Shown piece by piece: positions 1 to 11,072 of a stretch of 64,000 nt of DNA; the stretch's first letter is position 1; each line of letters begins with the position of its first letter. The notes under the pieces were generated by a model. It was not told where the DNA came from. It worked only from the letters and a program-made list of their open reading frames with translations, and did no database searches. Both the position numbers and the translations under genes were made by a program. The DNA lies in contig JACRPZ010000049.1 of the NCBI GenBank assembly GCA_016222905.1, positions 532 through 64,531 on the forward strand, read 5' to 3'. The stretch comes from Nitrospirota bacterium. GTDB lineage: Bacteria; Nitrospirota; Thermodesulfovibrionia; UBA6902.

Positions 1-232
1 TCCGGGACACGAATTGACCATAGATATTTAAACCTCAACCTCTTTTCTCCCCATCACAAAAAAGGGGCATGGTTGGATGTGAAGACCTGCTGGTCTCTCA
101 GTTTTTGAGAGTGAGAGTTAATGTGAGTGTGTCCTTTTTTCTGTTAAAATTAGGGAAAGAGGTAAATAAAACAAGAAGGGAGCTTAATAAGCTTCAATTA
201 GTAATTACCAGCTAAAAGTATAACCGGGAACT

Positions 233-1435
233 CTAATCCCCCACAGAAACTTTCTGGACAACCTTTCCAATGGAGAAGATTTCATCACGCGTGTAAAGGT
301 ATTTAACTTCCGCTTCTACTGATACGTATGTTGTATCGGCTTTAAGAGGAACAACAAAGGTGCTGGTTGCGGGTTCATCAGGTTTCAGGCCTAAATCAAA
401 ATGCTCTGTTGCCGTAACATCCCACTCGGCCATTGCCACCTGCTTACCGCCCTTGAAGTAGAGGTCGCCTACGGAATACTCTTTATGATTGGAGAAAACT
501 TCCTTGCCGTCCTGATCTGTTACACGAACCTCGGAAATGATTTTAGGCATCATTGCGCAGCCGTGAGGTATCACATGTCCAGCCTTGTTCGTCAATGCAA
601 CTTTTATAAATAGAGCCTGCATCTTCCGGTCTTCGTACATATCAATATATCGTGCTGCTCTTGCGCTTAAAAATATGTCAACTGAAGACCTCAGGAAGTC
701 AAGGTCCTTCGGCCCTAAAAACTTATGGACTGCTTCACTCCCCTTCATGTGGCAGTCCTGACAGGTTTCCTTGCGCCCTTTATGTAGAAAATCTTCCACA
801 TAAGTAGTGTAAAGTGTAGGGCAGTCCTTCCAAGGAACATCAGGAGGGCAGTGATGGCATTGAGCGCACATTTCAGAGGTCGGCAGCAGATCAGATTTCT
901 TTGTGCGGAAACCAATAGCTGCATGCGGATCATCTTTTATTTCATCAGGCCCGTAAATAACCTTCTCTTCCGGGGTCACTTTAAAACCGGTCGCCTTTAG
1001 ATTATGACATCCGAGGCAGTTAAGGTTAAGTTTTGACAGTTCTTTCTTCGCGGCCTCTTTCTTTTCCTCATCCTTATCTTCTACCGCAGTAAGTATGAGA
1101 TCGCCGATGTGAATGATTAGTTCAGGGGCAGCGTCTTTTATCTGCGGGATATGACAGTTCAGACATATGGTAAGGTCTTTCCTCGTCAACGTCTTTTCTT
1201 CATCGAGAGCTAATCTGATGAAAGACCTCATGCCTCTGAGCACACGAGGGTCAATAACTGAATTTCCCATTGTCGAGGTCTTCCAGTCTTCGTATTTATC
1301 GGGATGGCATTCCGCGCAGCGCTTTATATCGTACATCTCAGCAAGTTCGTCAATGGTTGCTGCCTGTTTAGAAAACGCGGAATGGTGAATAAGAACTGTT
1401 GATAATATAAGAATAATGGCAAGTAATGCCTTCAA
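233..1435 (-). CDS. Periplasmic pentaheme c-type cytochrome, ExtKL-like (Cys form)
   Basis: Signal peptide; five CxxCH motifs (CAECH, CLNCH, CLGCH, CAQCH, CQDCH); C-terminal beta domain with NKAGHVIPHGC motif. Confidence 0.75.
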   Translation of the reverse strand: MKALLAIILILSTVLIHHSAFSKQAATIDELAEMYDIKRCAECHPDKYEDWKTSTMGNSVIDPRVLRGMRSFIRLALDEEKTLTRKDLTICLNCHIPQIKDAAPELIIHIGDLILTAVEDKDEEKKEAAKKELSKLNLNCLGCHNLKATGFKVTPEEKVIYGPDEIKDDPHAAIGFRTKKSDLLPTSEMCAQCHHCPPDVPWKDCPTLYTTYVEDFLHKGRKETCQDCHMKGSEAVHKFLGPKDLDFLRSSVDIFLSARAARYIDMYEDRKMQALFIKVALTNKAGHVIPHGCAMMPKIISEVRVTDQDGKEVFSNHKEYSVGDLYFKGGKQVAMAEWDVTATEHFDLGLKPDEPATSTFVVPLKADTTYVSVEAEVKYLYTRDEIFSIGKVVQKVSVGD

Positions 1436-1583
1436 GTGGTCCCTCCGAATAAAAGTTTATCACATTTTTCAGTAAAATAACGAATAACATTGTCATGCGC
1501 CTTATTAGATATATAATCGGCGGTATCGTTATTGACTTAAGCACAATTTAAATGCTAATTTAAAAATCACGTGGAGGTAATTT

Positions 1584-3026
1584 TTGGAAAATAAAGAACA
1601 GGTAAATATATTTGATGGAATATGGGGTTTCTTTGCTTCTGTTAAGCTCGCAATTGTTCTCCTCTTTTTGTTAGCTGTCACATCAATTATAGGGACTGTT
1701 GTCCCGCAGGAGTCCCCAAAGGCAATTCAGTTTCTCGGGAAGATTTTCGGGGATAATACAGCGCCCGCAGTTTACAATGCATTCTTGAAGCTCGACTTCA
1801 TGGATATGTACCATTCATGGTGGTTTGTTTTGCTCCTGGTTCTCTTCTGCGTCAATCTTACGGTCTGTTCTCTTGAAAAGATCCCAAGGACCTGGAAGCT
1901 CGTCAAAACACCTGTCAAGCCTATGGCCAAGAATGTTTTAGAGACACTTCCAGTCAAGAAGGAAGTTACGCTGAAAGTAAGTCTGGATACTGCCAGGGAT
2001 GAATTTTTGAATGCGTTCAGGACGTCAAAATATGATGTTAAAGAGGCTGTTCAAGAAGACGGAGTTCAGCTTTATTCGGAGAAGGGGGCTTATTCACGTC
2101 TTGGCGTATATGTGGTGCACTTGAGCATTCTCCTCATATTTGTCGGGGCTATTATCGGAGCCAGGTTCGGGTTCGACGGATCTTTAAACCTCCCTGAAGG
2201 GAGTTCCTCAGATGTTGTTTATTCACGCACCGGCGAGCAGGTACCTTTAGATTTTTCAATAGCCTGCAACTGGTATAAGACGGACTATTACAAAGGGGCG
2301 GACGCTCCGCAGGAGTTCTCCAGCGAACTTGTAATATTAGAGAACGGCAAAGAGGTTTTGAAGAAGGTTATAGAAGTCAACAACCCTCTTACATACAAAG
2401 GCATCACCTTCTATCAATCAAGTTACGGCATAGTGCCGGACGCAGTCGGTATCTTTGTTCTGAAGGTCTCAAATGATCGCGGACTTGAAGAAACACTGCG
2501 TCTTAAGCAAGGTGAATCATTTGAGATTCCGGGACAGAAAATAAAGGGGACTATCATGGACTTTTCACCGGCTCTCGGCAGAGACCCGCAGTCAGGCGCG
2601 CTAACCACTTATTCTGATTCGTTGATTAATCCGGCCGTATCTATAAGGTTTGATATGGAAGGCTCGGATGGTTTTACGGGATGGATTCTCAAGCGCTACC
2701 CTGAAACAGGGATTATAAAAGATGCGGGTCTTAAGGTTGAATTTCTGGATTACTGGGGTGTTGAATATACAGGACTTCAGGTTTCAAAGGATCCCGGTGT
2801 CATTATCATATATATAGCCTCTATTGTTATGGTGCTCGGCCTTTATGCTGCCTTCTTTTTGAGCCATAAGAAGATATGGATAAGGATTGCTCCTGTTGGA
2901 AAAGGCTCTGTAAAGGTTAATATCGGAGGCTCTGCAAGCAAAAACAGGCTGGCTCTTGAGAGACAGGTAGAGCATATGTTATCCAGAGCAACCGCGGCTA
3001 TAGAGGGAAGGCTTAAAAAAAATTGA
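1584..3026 (+). CDS. resB: Cytochrome c biogenesis protein ResB/Ccs1 (system II)
   Basis: FASVKLAIVLL...IGTVVPQ, YHSWWF, VHLSILLI, VNNPLTYKGITFYQSSY and TGLQVSKDPG motifs. Confidence 0.93.
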   Translation: MENKEQVNIFDGIWGFFASVKLAIVLLFLLAVTSIIGTVVPQESPKAIQFLGKIFGDNTAPAVYNAFLKLDFMDMYHSWWFVLLLVLFCVNLTVCSLEKIPRTWKLVKTPVKPMAKNVLETLPVKKEVTLKVSLDTARDEFLNAFRTSKYDVKEAVQEDGVQLYSEKGAYSRLGVYVVHLSILLIFVGAIIGARFGFDGSLNLPEGSSSDVVYSRTGEQVPLDFSIACNWYKTDYYKGADAPQEFSSELVILENGKEVLKKVIEVNNPLTYKGITFYQSSYGIVPDAVGIFVLKVSNDRGLEETLRLKQGESFEIPGQKIKGTIMDFSPALGRDPQSGALTTYSDSLINPAVSIRFDMEGSDGFTGWILKRYPETGIIKDAGLKVEFLDYWGVEYTGLQVSKDPGVIIIYIASIVMVLGLYAAFFLSHKKIWIRIAPVGKGSVKVNIGGSASKNRLALERQVEHMLSRATAAIEGRLKKN

Positions 3027-3052
3027 ACAGTTAGATATAAGGAGTAAAAAAA

Positions 3053-4159
3053 ATGGACAGTTCAACTCTATTCGGCATATCAACATTCGCATATTTTATA
3101 GCAATGGCGGTTTATGTCAGCTATATAGCTTTCAGAAATAATGCTGTTGCGGTAACAGCCACATCAATAACGGTATTCGGTTTTCTGTGCCAGACAGGGG
3201 CGTTGCTTTTAAGGTGGGTTGATTCTTTTAATATATGGGTTGCGTCTGCGCCTTCCACAACATTTATTGAGTCGGTTTTAAGGGGCGCGCCTCTCAGGAA
3301 CATGTATGAGTCCATGATATTCTTTGTCTGGTGCCTCGTGCTTATTTATCTGATAATGGAGTTTAAGTATAAAAACCGTTCGTTAGGCGCTTTTGCCATG
3401 CCTGTGGCAGCCCTTGCGCTTGCATTCATTGATGTATCAGGCATGTCAACGGATATTGAGCCGCTTATCCCTGCGCTTCAGTCAAACTGGCTGCTTTTTC
3501 ACGTATTCCTGAGTTTTATCGGATATGCGGCTTTTGCCGTTTCCTTTGCGGCGGCAGTGGCATATATTGCTATGGCCTCTGAATCAAGAAGTGAAAAGGC
3601 GTATATCTTCTGGAGCATTGCCGTAGGCGTTTTTCTTATAGTCCTTATCGCGATGGGCATTGACTATCTGAACATGTCAACATCTGCACAGGGAGATTTT
3701 ATCCGCAGCTATTTTCTTAAAGCCACTTTTAGAAGCTCATCAGGCGTTATTGCTGTATTTAGCTGGATCATATCAGCGGTATTCATTCTCGCTCTTTGGC
3801 GGTATGGGCATGGACTAAGGAAGATTTTAGAAGGTCTCTCAATTACAAAGATTATGCTTGAAGAGATAGAGTATAAAAGTATCGCCATAGGTTTTCCTCT
3901 CTTTACAATTGGGGGTCTCCTAATGGGCGCAATATGGGCCAACAGCGCATGGGGAACATACTGGAGCTGGGACCCGAAAGAGACATGGTCGCTTATAACA
4001 TGGTTCATTTACGCCGGTTATCTTCATGCACGTTTTGTGGGCGGTTGGAGAGGTAAAAAAGTATCGGTGCTCGCACTTATAGGCTTTATAGGCGTGGTCT
4101 TTACTTATCTCGGGGTAAACCTCTTTCTCTCAGGACTCCATTCATACGGCGGACGATAA
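3053..4159 (+). CDS. ccsA: Cytochrome c biogenesis heme channel CcsA/ResC
   Basis: WWD motif GAIWANSAWGTYWSWDPKETW, PALQSNWL..H and C-terminal GLHSY. Confidence 0.95.
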   Translation: MDSSTLFGISTFAYFIAMAVYVSYIAFRNNAVAVTATSITVFGFLCQTGALLLRWVDSFNIWVASAPSTTFIESVLRGAPLRNMYESMIFFVWCLVLIYLIMEFKYKNRSLGAFAMPVAALALAFIDVSGMSTDIEPLIPALQSNWLLFHVFLSFIGYAAFAVSFAAAVAYIAMASESRSEKAYIFWSIAVGVFLIVLIAMGIDYLNMSTSAQGDFIRSYFLKATFRSSSGVIAVFSWIISAVFILALWRYGHGLRKILEGLSITKIMLEEIEYKSIAIGFPLFTIGGLLMGAIWANSAWGTYWSWDPKETWSLITWFIYAGYLHARFVGGWRGKKVSVLALIGFIGVVFTYLGVNLFLSGLHSYGGR

Positions 4160-4228
4160 ATACAGGCTTTGCAATCATCAAGCCCTAAAGGCCGTTTGAC
4201 TATCAGCGGTTGAGATTTATATATCAAT

Positions 4229-5926
4229 ATGCTCCGTGAGCTCCATATCAGAAACCTCGCCATAATAGATGATGCTTCAATAGAGTTCGGTAAAGGGTTT
4301 AATGTTCTGACAGGCGAGACAGGCGCCGGCAAGTCCATAATAGTAAATGCTTTAGCACTTGCCCTTGGAGAAAGGGCAGCAGGCGAGCTTATCAGAAGCG
4401 GTGAAAAAGAGGCGGTTGTTGAGGCGCTCTTCGATCCCCCTCCCAAACTTTCAAATCAGTCAATATACGGACCTTTGCATGATGCCGGGATTGAGATTGA
4501 AGACGGTATCATTATGAAGAGACTCGTCTCATCTCAGGGCAAGAGCAGGGCGTATATAAACGGTTCAATGGTGAACATCCAGACACTCTCCGATGTAAGC
4601 AGGAGTATCATAGATGTTCATGGACAGTATGAGCACCAGTCGCTCCTTTCTCAAGATATTCAGCTTGCAATGCTGGATGAGTACGGCGGACTTCTTCCTG
4701 AGAGAGAGGAGGTAAAGAGCGTTTATGAGAAGCTGAAGAATTTAAAACGCCGGATTGCTGAGCTTGACATGAAAGAGAAGGAACGAGCCCAGAGACTTGA
4801 CATGCTCAAGTTTCAGATAAATGAGATAAATGCGGCTGACCTTCAGAACGGTGAAGAAGAGAGCCTCACGGATGAGCTTAAGGTATTAAGCAATTCTGTC
4901 CGCCTTACAGAGCTTGCCAATCACTCTTATGATTCCCTTTACTCTTCGGAATCATCATGCATCGCAAATCTATCAAGAATACTCGGCAGCCTCAAGTCAA
5001 TCTCAGATATTGACCCTAAGGCTAACGATTCTGTTAAATCGCTGGAAGAAGCTATTCCTCTGCTGGAGGAGACCGCATACTTTCTAAGGGATTATAAGGA
5101 TAGCCTGAACTTCAGCCCGGAGAGGCTTGATGCAGTTCATGACAGGCTTGAACTAATTAAGGGATTCAAGAGGAAATACGGCGAAAATATCAAGGCTATC
5201 CTTGATTTCAAAGATGAGGCTGAAAAAGAATTTAATGAACTGGAGCGCTCTGAAGAGATGTTAGGCGGTCTGAAGGAGGAGCTTGCCGGGCTTAAAGAGG
5301 CGTTAACTGAAAAGGCATCACGGCTTTCAAAAAAGAGGGAGCAGGTTGCAAAGAAGATAGAACCGATGATCGTAGCCGAACTCTCAAAGCTCTCAATGCC
5401 CGATACAAAATTCTCAATTATTTTCTCACGGGAAACGGGAGATGATACAACAGACGGACTTAAGGCAACGCAAAACGGCGTTGACAGCATTGAATTTCTC
5501 ATATCCCCTAATATCGGTGAAGAACTTAAGCCCTTGTCAAAGATAGCATCAGGCGGCGAACTTTCAAGGGTAATGCTCGCTCTTAAGGGGACTCTCTCCA
5601 AAGGAGACAGAATCCCTGTCCTTGTCTTTGACGAGATAGACGCGGGCATCGGCGGCATAGCTGCCGAGGCTGTGGGACAGAGGCTGAAGAATCTCTCGGC
5701 AAGCCATCAAGTCATATGCATAACTCACCTGCCGCAAATTGCATCCTATGCTGACAGGCATTTAAAGATCGAAAAGACGGTTAAGGGCAAGAGGACAGTG
5801 GTTGAGATAAGAGAGATAGAGAAAGAGGAGAGGACCGAAGAGATCGCCCGGATGCTGAGCGGCAATATCTCAGATGCTTCAATGAAGCATGCGAAAGCGA
5901 TGCTTAAATCAAAATCGAAGCAATAG
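4229..5926 (+). CDS. recN: DNA repair protein RecN
   Basis: [10 protein letters not shown] Walker A, IHGQ-like motif (VHGQYEHQ), [18 protein letters not shown] and ITHLPQIA. Confidence 0.97.
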   Translation: MLRELHIRNLAIIDDASIEFGKGFNVLTGETGAGKSIIVNALALALGERAAGELIRSGEKEAVVEALFDPPPKLSNQSIYGPLHDAGIEIEDGIIMKRLVSSQGKSRAYINGSMVNIQTLSDVSRSIIDVHGQYEHQSLLSQDIQLAMLDEYGGLLPEREEVKSVYEKLKNLKRRIAELDMKEKERAQRLDMLKFQINEINAADLQNGEEESLTDELKVLSNSVRLTELANHSYDSLYSSESSCIANLSRILGSLKSISDIDPKANDSVKSLEEAIPLLEETAYFLRDYKDSLNFSPERLDAVHDRLELIKGFKRKYGENIKAILDFKDEAEKEFNELERSEEMLGGLKEELAGLKEALTEKASRLSKKREQVAKKIEPMIVAELSKLSMPDTKFSIIFSRETGDDTTDGLKATQNGVDSIEFLISPNIGEELKPLSKIASGGELSRVMLALKGTLSKGDRIPVLVFDEIDAGIGGIAAEAVGQRLKNLSASHQVICITHLPQIASYADRHLKIEKTVKGKRTVVEIREIEKEERTEEIARMLSGNISDASMKHAKAMLKSKSKQ

Positions 5927-5942
5927 TAATCCTGTTTGCTTG

Positions 5943-5951
5943 TGCTATAAT
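5943..5951 (+). promoter_or_regulatory. Extended -10 promoter of cysK (probably leaderless)
   Basis: TGcTATAAT lies 6 nt upstream of the ATG at 5958; no Shine-Dalgarno. Confidence 0.55.
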
Positions 5952-5957
5952 TCACGC

Positions 5958-6884
5958 ATGAATCCTTACAAAAACATCCTTGATCTTATTGGCAACACGC
6001 CGGTTCTTAGACTGAATCATATACCTGATAATGATTCAGCGGAGATATGGGCGAAGCTTGAAGGCTGTAATCCCGGAGGCTCTGTCAAGGACAGGATTGC
6101 ACTTTCCATGATTGAAGACGCGGAGAGGGACGGGAGATTAAAACCCGGAGGGACAGTTATAGAGCCGACAAGCGGAAATACCGGAATAGGGCTTGCTATG
6201 GTGGCGGCGGTTAAAGGGTACAGGCTTATCCTGACGATGTCCGAGACGATGTCGCTTGAGAGGCGGCAGATATTTCAGGCCTACGGAGCCGAAGTTGTTC
6301 TGACCCCAGGATCAAAGGGGATGTTAGGAGCGGTTGAAGAAGCGGAGATAATATACAGAGAGAACCCTGAATATTTTATGCCGATGCAGTTTGAAAACCC
6401 TGCTAATCCTGAGATTCACAGGAAGACAACAGCCGTCGAGATATTGAATGTTTTTAAATCCGGCGTTGACGGCTTCGTTGCAGGTGTCGGCACCGGAGGG
6501 ACGATTACAGGGGTTGGAGAAGTCTTGAAATCTGAAAAGGGCGATACATGGATATCCGCTGTTGAGCCGGCAGGCTCTGCTGTGCTTTCAGGAGACAAGC
6601 CGGGTCCGCATAAGATAGCGGGCATAGGTGCCGGGTTTTATCCCGGGGTTTTGAATACTAAAATCTATGATGAAGTTATAACTGTAAGCGATTATGATGC
6701 AGCGGAAATGTCAAGACGGATTGCAAAGGAAGAGGGGATACTTGCCGGAATTTCTTCGGGCGCTGCTATGTGGGCAGCCTTGAAGGTAGCAGGAAGACTC
6801 GGCAAAGGCAAAAAAGTTGTTGTTATATTCCCTGACCGCGGGGACAGGTATTTAAGCACAGGGCTTTTTGGGGATAAATCATAG
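5958..6884 (+). CDS. cysK: Cysteine synthase A (O-acetylserine thiol-lyase)
   Basis: [12 protein letters not shown]-lysine motif, [15 protein letters not shown] and GDRYLST; start moved to ATG 5958. Confidence 0.95.
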   Translation: MNPYKNILDLIGNTPVLRLNHIPDNDSAEIWAKLEGCNPGGSVKDRIALSMIEDAERDGRLKPGGTVIEPTSGNTGIGLAMVAAVKGYRLILTMSETMSLERRQIFQAYGAEVVLTPGSKGMLGAVEEAEIIYRENPEYFMPMQFENPANPEIHRKTTAVEILNVFKSGVDGFVAGVGTGGTITGVGEVLKSEKGDTWISAVEPAGSAVLSGDKPGPHKIAGIGAGFYPGVLNTKIYDEVITVSDYDAAEMSRRIAKEEGILAGISSGAAMWAALKVAGRLGKGKKVVVIFPDRGDRYLSTGLFGDKS

Positions 6885-6910
6885 AGAACACAACTGGTGT
6901 ATTCTGAATT

Positions 6911-7243
6911 TCAGTGGGCCTCTTTTAAGGAAGTCTCTTGTTTTACAAAATCTTCATACATCTGCGGTATATTCTTGAGTTTAACTCCCATACCGTTTTT
7001 GAAATCTATAAGACCGGTTTTAAGGGACCATGCAACTTCGCCTTCAAGATTTATTTTTTGGTCTTTGTCTAATTCCAGAACAATCTTCAGAAGTGTTCCG
7101 GGACTAAAGGCCTTTTTTGTTCTTATGAATAGACCGGTCAATGAGAGATTGGAGGTGGTGCCGATGAACTCCGACTCACCGCTTGAAAAGACAACCGGCA
7201 GCCTTTTGGTATGACGTTTACTTATCTGACGCTTGTTCGCCAT
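6911..7243 (-). CDS. PilZ domain protein
   Basis: KRQISKR (RxxxR-like) and NLSLTGLFI (D/NxSxxG) motifs; GEVAW..GMGVKL. Confidence 0.85.
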   Translation of the reverse strand: MANKRQISKRHTKRLPVVFSSGESEFIGTTSNLSLTGLFIRTKKAFSPGTLLKIVLELDKDQKINLEGEVAWSLKTGLIDFKNGMGVKLKNIPQMYEDFVKQETSLKEAH

Positions 7244-7266
7244 CTGTCTTAACTATATCAGAAATA

Positions 7267-7344
7267 TGGCGGGGTGGACGGGACTCGAACCCGCGACCTC
7301 CTGCGTGACAGGCAGGCGTTCTAACCGGACTGAACTACCACCCC
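7267..7344 (-). tRNA. tRNA-Asp(GTC)
   Basis: Reverse complement GGGGTGGTAGTTCAGTCCGGTTAGAACGCCTGCCTGTCACGCAGGAGGTCGCGGGTTCGAGTCCCGTCCACCCCGCCA forms a cloverleaf with anticodon GTC and CCA end. Confidence 0.97.
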
Positions 7345-7427
7345 ATAAAAATGATAAACGGTAAGTAAGAAGTAAAAAATGAGAAACCCAGAAATATTTT
7401 CCTGCTTCTTACTCGTTAATTTGTAAA

Positions 7428-7503
7428 TGGTAGGCGGAACAGGGATCGAACCTGTGACATCAGCCTTGTAAGGGCTGCGCTCTCCCAGCTGAGCTATCCG
7501 CCC
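7428..7503 (-). tRNA. tRNA-Val(TAC)
   Basis: Reverse complement GGGCGGATAGCTCAGCTGGGAGAGCGCAGCCCTTACAAGGCTGATGTCACAGGTTCGATCCCTGTTCCGCCTACCA; anticodon TAC. Confidence 0.97.
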
Positions 7504-7631
7504 GGGATTATTTAACGAGTAATACTATAACAAATCATCATACTAAATTTAAAGTAGATTTTTAGACTGTTTGATTTAGGTTATATCTTTGAGCTACAAT
7601 TAACAACAAAATTACGGAATAAAGGGGACAA

Positions 7632-8420
7632 ATGCCGGAAAAACAACAATACAATAATATTCTCAAACAGCTTCTCGCTTCTCTTTTTGTCATGGTTTTT
7701 TTCTTTGCCTGTTCTTCTAAAAAGGCAGTGATAAAAGATACGTCGCTCTATGATGCCGGAGCGCGTTTTGAAGAGGTCAATGAAAAGATAAAGAAGAAGG
7801 ACTACGAAAAAGCAAGGGAGATACTTGCGGATGTTAAAGCGCGGGACACATCAAAAGAGTATGCAGCCCTTGCCCAGATACGAATTGGCGATACGTACTT
7901 TGAAGAAGGAGAATATGAGGAAGCAGTAGGCCAGTATGAAGCATTTCTGGATCTTCATACATATCACAAGTATGCCCCTTATGCTCAGTATCAGGTTGCA
8001 ATGAGTTATTACAAAAGAATAAGCGGCGCTGACACAAGCTATTCGCTGGCAAAACTCGCATTAACTGAATTTGAAAAACTTCAGAAGCAGTATCCGAGAA
8101 ATCCATATATGGAGATTACCGATAAGCGGATAAAAATATGCAAAGACACACTTGCAGAATATGAATTATATGTAGGGAAATTTTATTTACAGAAAGGCTC
8201 ATATACAGCGGCTGTGGAACGTTTTATCAACCTGCTGAAGCTTTATCCTGATTCAAGCACTGAATCGGAAGCGCTTTATTCCCTCGGCCTTGCCTATAAG
8301 GAAACAGGAGATAAAGAGAAAGCGATTGATGCCTTAACCACACTTAATGAGAAATTTCCCACTATTAAACTCTCCCAGCAAGCAAGAGAACTTCTTGTTT
8401 CCTTAAAGGAAAAGAAGTAG
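7632..8420 (+). CDS. bamD: Outer membrane protein assembly lipoprotein BamD
   Basis: Lipobox FFAC, TPR repeats, YAPYAQYQVAMSYY and LAEYELYVGKFY. Confidence 0.9.
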   Translation: MPEKQQYNNILKQLLASLFVMVFFFACSSKKAVIKDTSLYDAGARFEEVNEKIKKKDYEKAREILADVKARDTSKEYAALAQIRIGDTYFEEGEYEEAVGQYEAFLDLHTYHKYAPYAQYQVAMSYYKRISGADTSYSLAKLALTEFEKLQKQYPRNPYMEITDKRIKICKDTLAEYELYVGKFYLQKGSYTAAVERFINLLKLYPDSSTESEALYSLGLAYKETGDKEKAIDALTTLNEKFPTIKLSQQARELLVSLKEKK

Positions 8421-8459
8421 ATACAGGACGTTTTCCGCAAGAGCCAGTCTGAATTTCAT

Positions 8460-9122
8460 ATGATGAAACAGATGAAATATTATCCTGTCTTTCTTAATCT
8501 GAAAGGGGTAAAGGCCGTTGTAGTTGGGGGCGGCAGAGTTGCAGAGCGAAAAGCCATTGCTCTTTTAAAGGCAGGGGCTTTGGTAAAGATTATAAGCCCT
8601 GCTATAACAAAGACGCTTGAAAAGTATAAGAAGCTGGGATTGGCCACTCACATAAAAAGAGAGTACAGGCAAGGCGACGTTAGAGATGCCTTTATTGTTA
8701 TAGCAGCCACTTCATCCAGGCAGACAAACAACCGAGTAGAGGCTGATTCGAAAGATTTGCCGCGGCTTATTAATGTGGTTGATACACCGTCAATGGGTAA
8801 CTTTATCCTACCATCTATTGTAAATCGCGGACATTTAACTATTGCCATATCCACGGAGGGCTGCAGCCCGGCGCTCTCAAAAGCCATCCGCAAAGAGCTT
8901 GAGGAAATCTACGGTTCTGAGTTTTCAGATTATCTTAAGTTTGTTGAAAGCATTCGCAAACAGGCAATGAATAAGATAAAAAACAGCGTGGATCGGGAGA
9001 AATTTCTCAAATCACTTGCATCTGAAGATCTATTCAGAACTCTGAGAAAAAAGGGAGTCAAAGCAGCTGTTAAAAAAATTAAGTCGCGGATGTCAGACTT
9101 GTCGGTTGTTACAGATTTTTAA
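8460..9122 (+). CDS. sirC: Precorrin-2 dehydrogenase / sirohydrochlorin ferrochelatase (SirC/Met8p type)
   Basis: YYPVFLNL, VVGGGRVAERK Rossmann motif, NVVDTP and IAISTEGCSPAL. Confidence 0.9.
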   Translation: MMKQMKYYPVFLNLKGVKAVVVGGGRVAERKAIALLKAGALVKIISPAITKTLEKYKKLGLATHIKREYRQGDVRDAFIVIAATSSRQTNNRVEADSKDLPRLINVVDTPSMGNFILPSIVNRGHLTIAISTEGCSPALSKAIRKELEEIYGSEFSDYLKFVESIRKQAMNKIKNSVDREKFLKSLASEDLFRTLRKKGVKAAVKKIKSRMSDLSVVTDF

Positions 9123-9132
9123 TATCGAATAC

Positions 9133-9528
9133 CTACAATCCTGCCTCTGAAGCAATTGCATTATGAATTCTTTCGGCTGACTTGCGATCGCCCAATATGC
9201 CGGCTCTGACTGAAATAGACGTAACATTCTGACCTTTATCCTTCAAATTCAGAACAACCTTTGCTCCGTCTTTTTGCACTGCTTCTATCGTCCCTTTTGT
9301 CCCGTTATTGAGACTGTTTGTTACGCCTATCTTAAGGTTTGCCAGCGCAGTATTTGACGCATCCCATGCCTTTGTGTATGCAACGGGATATTCTCTGCTC
9401 AAGTTGCCCTCCACATATTTATAAGCCCCTATTCCAACTCCGGCGCCTACTCCCAGCAACACGGCTGCGCAGCCGTAAAAGAAGATTAGAGATGATAACA
9501 GAAGCGCCAACATTGTTCTTTTTTTCAT
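9133..9528 (-). CDS. DUF3568-like lipoprotein
   Basis: Lipobox YGC followed by a Gly/Ala-rich segment, YVEGNL and ISVRAGILGD; RBS GGGAGG before ATG 9528. Confidence 0.7.
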   Translation of the reverse strand: MKKRTMLALLLSSLIFFYGCAAVLLGVGAGVGIGAYKYVEGNLSREYPVAYTKAWDASNTALANLKIGVTNSLNNGTKGTIEAVQKDGAKVVLNLKDKGQNVTSISVRAGILGDRKSAERIHNAIASEAGL

Positions 9529-9758
9529 AATACCTCCCGTATTATTCGTGATATTCTGATTTTTAAATTCCATTTTTCAAGAAATGATAACAAAAATATG
9601 ATAATCTCTGCAATGCTCTGCTATTTTTTTAAATCAATGCAACATGAGAAATTTGAACCGGGCTATGAAATTGTTCAGCCAACAATAAATTCATTAGCGA
9701 TAAAATTATTTAGATTTTGTATAATCTCATATCCGTTTTCTACAATTCAGGAGGAATT

Positions 9759-11072
9759 ATGGCATCCAAGGTTATAAATAAACAATCAAAGGTCTCTGTC
9801 TCCATTTATGAAAATTTTTACTTCAACAAGAGCCTGTCTCTGCCCACTGTGATTAAAGAGTATGAAAAGATCGAAGGTCAGCTTCTGAAATCACGTTACT
9901 TAGCCTGTATCACAGTCAAATTTGAGGATATTGTTAAGATCGAACATCTTTACGGAAGCAATGTTTATATTGATATCCTTACCCGTATCACCCAGAAGCT
10001 TAAGGCTATCAAAAAGAAAGAACTGAGAGGGAAGGATGTTTTTGTGCTGGATCTTTATGATATTGATACTTTTGTCATATTTTTGTCATCCCCGCGCGAA
10101 AAGACCACACAGCTTCTGTATCATTTAGAAAGGATTGCTGAAAGAATCAGGATTAAGCTGGAAGATGAGGTCTTTAATCTGCTTTATCCTTATCTGAAAG
10201 GATATTCAAGGGCAACTATAGGATATGCTCTTGAACTTATGAACCCGATGGTCAGCAATATGCGCCTTATAACACAATTGATAAGCAATGCCAAAAAAAT
10301 GGGCGAGTTCTCTATTGTTAAACGGCATTTTATTAGCAGGTATTTTCTGCAAAAGATTATCATTGAGAAGAATGTGAGCACTTTCTTTCAACCTATTGTT
10401 AATTTGAAAGATCTGACAATTATAGGTTATGAAGCATTATCCAGAGGGCCTAAAGAGACGGAATTTTTCAATCCTCTTCTGCTCTTCCTCGCGGCTTCCG
10501 AATGCGGTCTCTCTTTTGAATTAGACAGGCTCTGCAGGCATAAGGCGCTTGAAAGTTCACGCAAGATTAAAACGAACAAAAAGATCTTTATTAACACGCT
10601 TAGCATGACAATCCATGATACAGAGTTCCGGGGTATATATCTGAAAGAACTGCTGAAAGACCTTAAGCTTAAGCCGGAGAACGTTGTCTTTGAGATAAGC
10701 GAAAAACTTGCTATTGACAACTACTCCCTATTCAGAAAATCTCTGAAGGATTATACCGACCTCGGCATTGTACATGCCGGGGATGATTTGGGTACCGGTC
10801 ATTCCGGTCTTGAGAGGATAATGGAACTACATCCCGGCTATTTGAAGATTGATATGTCTTTTACGCGTGATATTGATAAAAGCTTCATGAAACAGGAGAT
10901 AGTGAAGGCGCTGGTAAACCTTGCGGCGAGCATTGGTTCGGAGGTTGTTGCCGAGGGCATTGAGACCAAAAAAGAGTACGAAAAACTGAAAGAGCTTAAT
11001 GTAAAATATGGCCAGGGTTTTTTGTTTGGGAAGCCTTCAGAAAAACTCTCCCGAATAAATAAAGATTTTTAA
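9759..11072 (+). CDS. EAL domain protein with degenerate N-terminal GGDEF-like region
   Basis: FQPIV..YEALSRG, FEISE, DDLGTG, LKIDMSF, VAEGIET and YGQGFLF; RBS AGGAGG. Confidence 0.88.
   Translation: MASKVINKQSKVSVSIYENFYFNKSLSLPTVIKEYEKIEGQLLKSRYLACITVKFEDIVKIEHLYGSNVYIDILTRITQKLKAIKKKELRGKDVFVLDLYDIDTFVIFLSSPREKTTQLLYHLERIAERIRIKLEDEVFNLLYPYLKGYSRATIGYALELMNPMVSNMRLITQLISNAKKMGEFSIVKRHFISRYFLQKIIIEKNVSTFFQPIVNLKDLTIIGYEALSRGPKETEFFNPLLLFLAASECGLSFELDRLCRHKALESSRKIKTNKKIFINTLSMTIHDTEFRGIYLKELLKDLKLKPENVVFEISEKLAIDNYSLFRKSLKDYTDLGIVHAGDDLGTGHSGLERIMELHPGYLKIDMSFTRDIDKSFMKQEIVKALVNLAASIGSEVVAEGIETKKEYEKLKELNVKYGQGFLFGKPSEKLSRINKDF

Noticed and set aside
1-135. GGACAC...GTGTCC inverted pair at the left edge as a REP or MITE
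   Set aside because: Very short match, truncated by the window edge.
520-560. Relic SECIS (CGA-GGT-TCG) downstream of the Cys codon in the pentaheme cytochrome
   Set aside because: The stem is only 3 bp, too weak to distinguish from chance.
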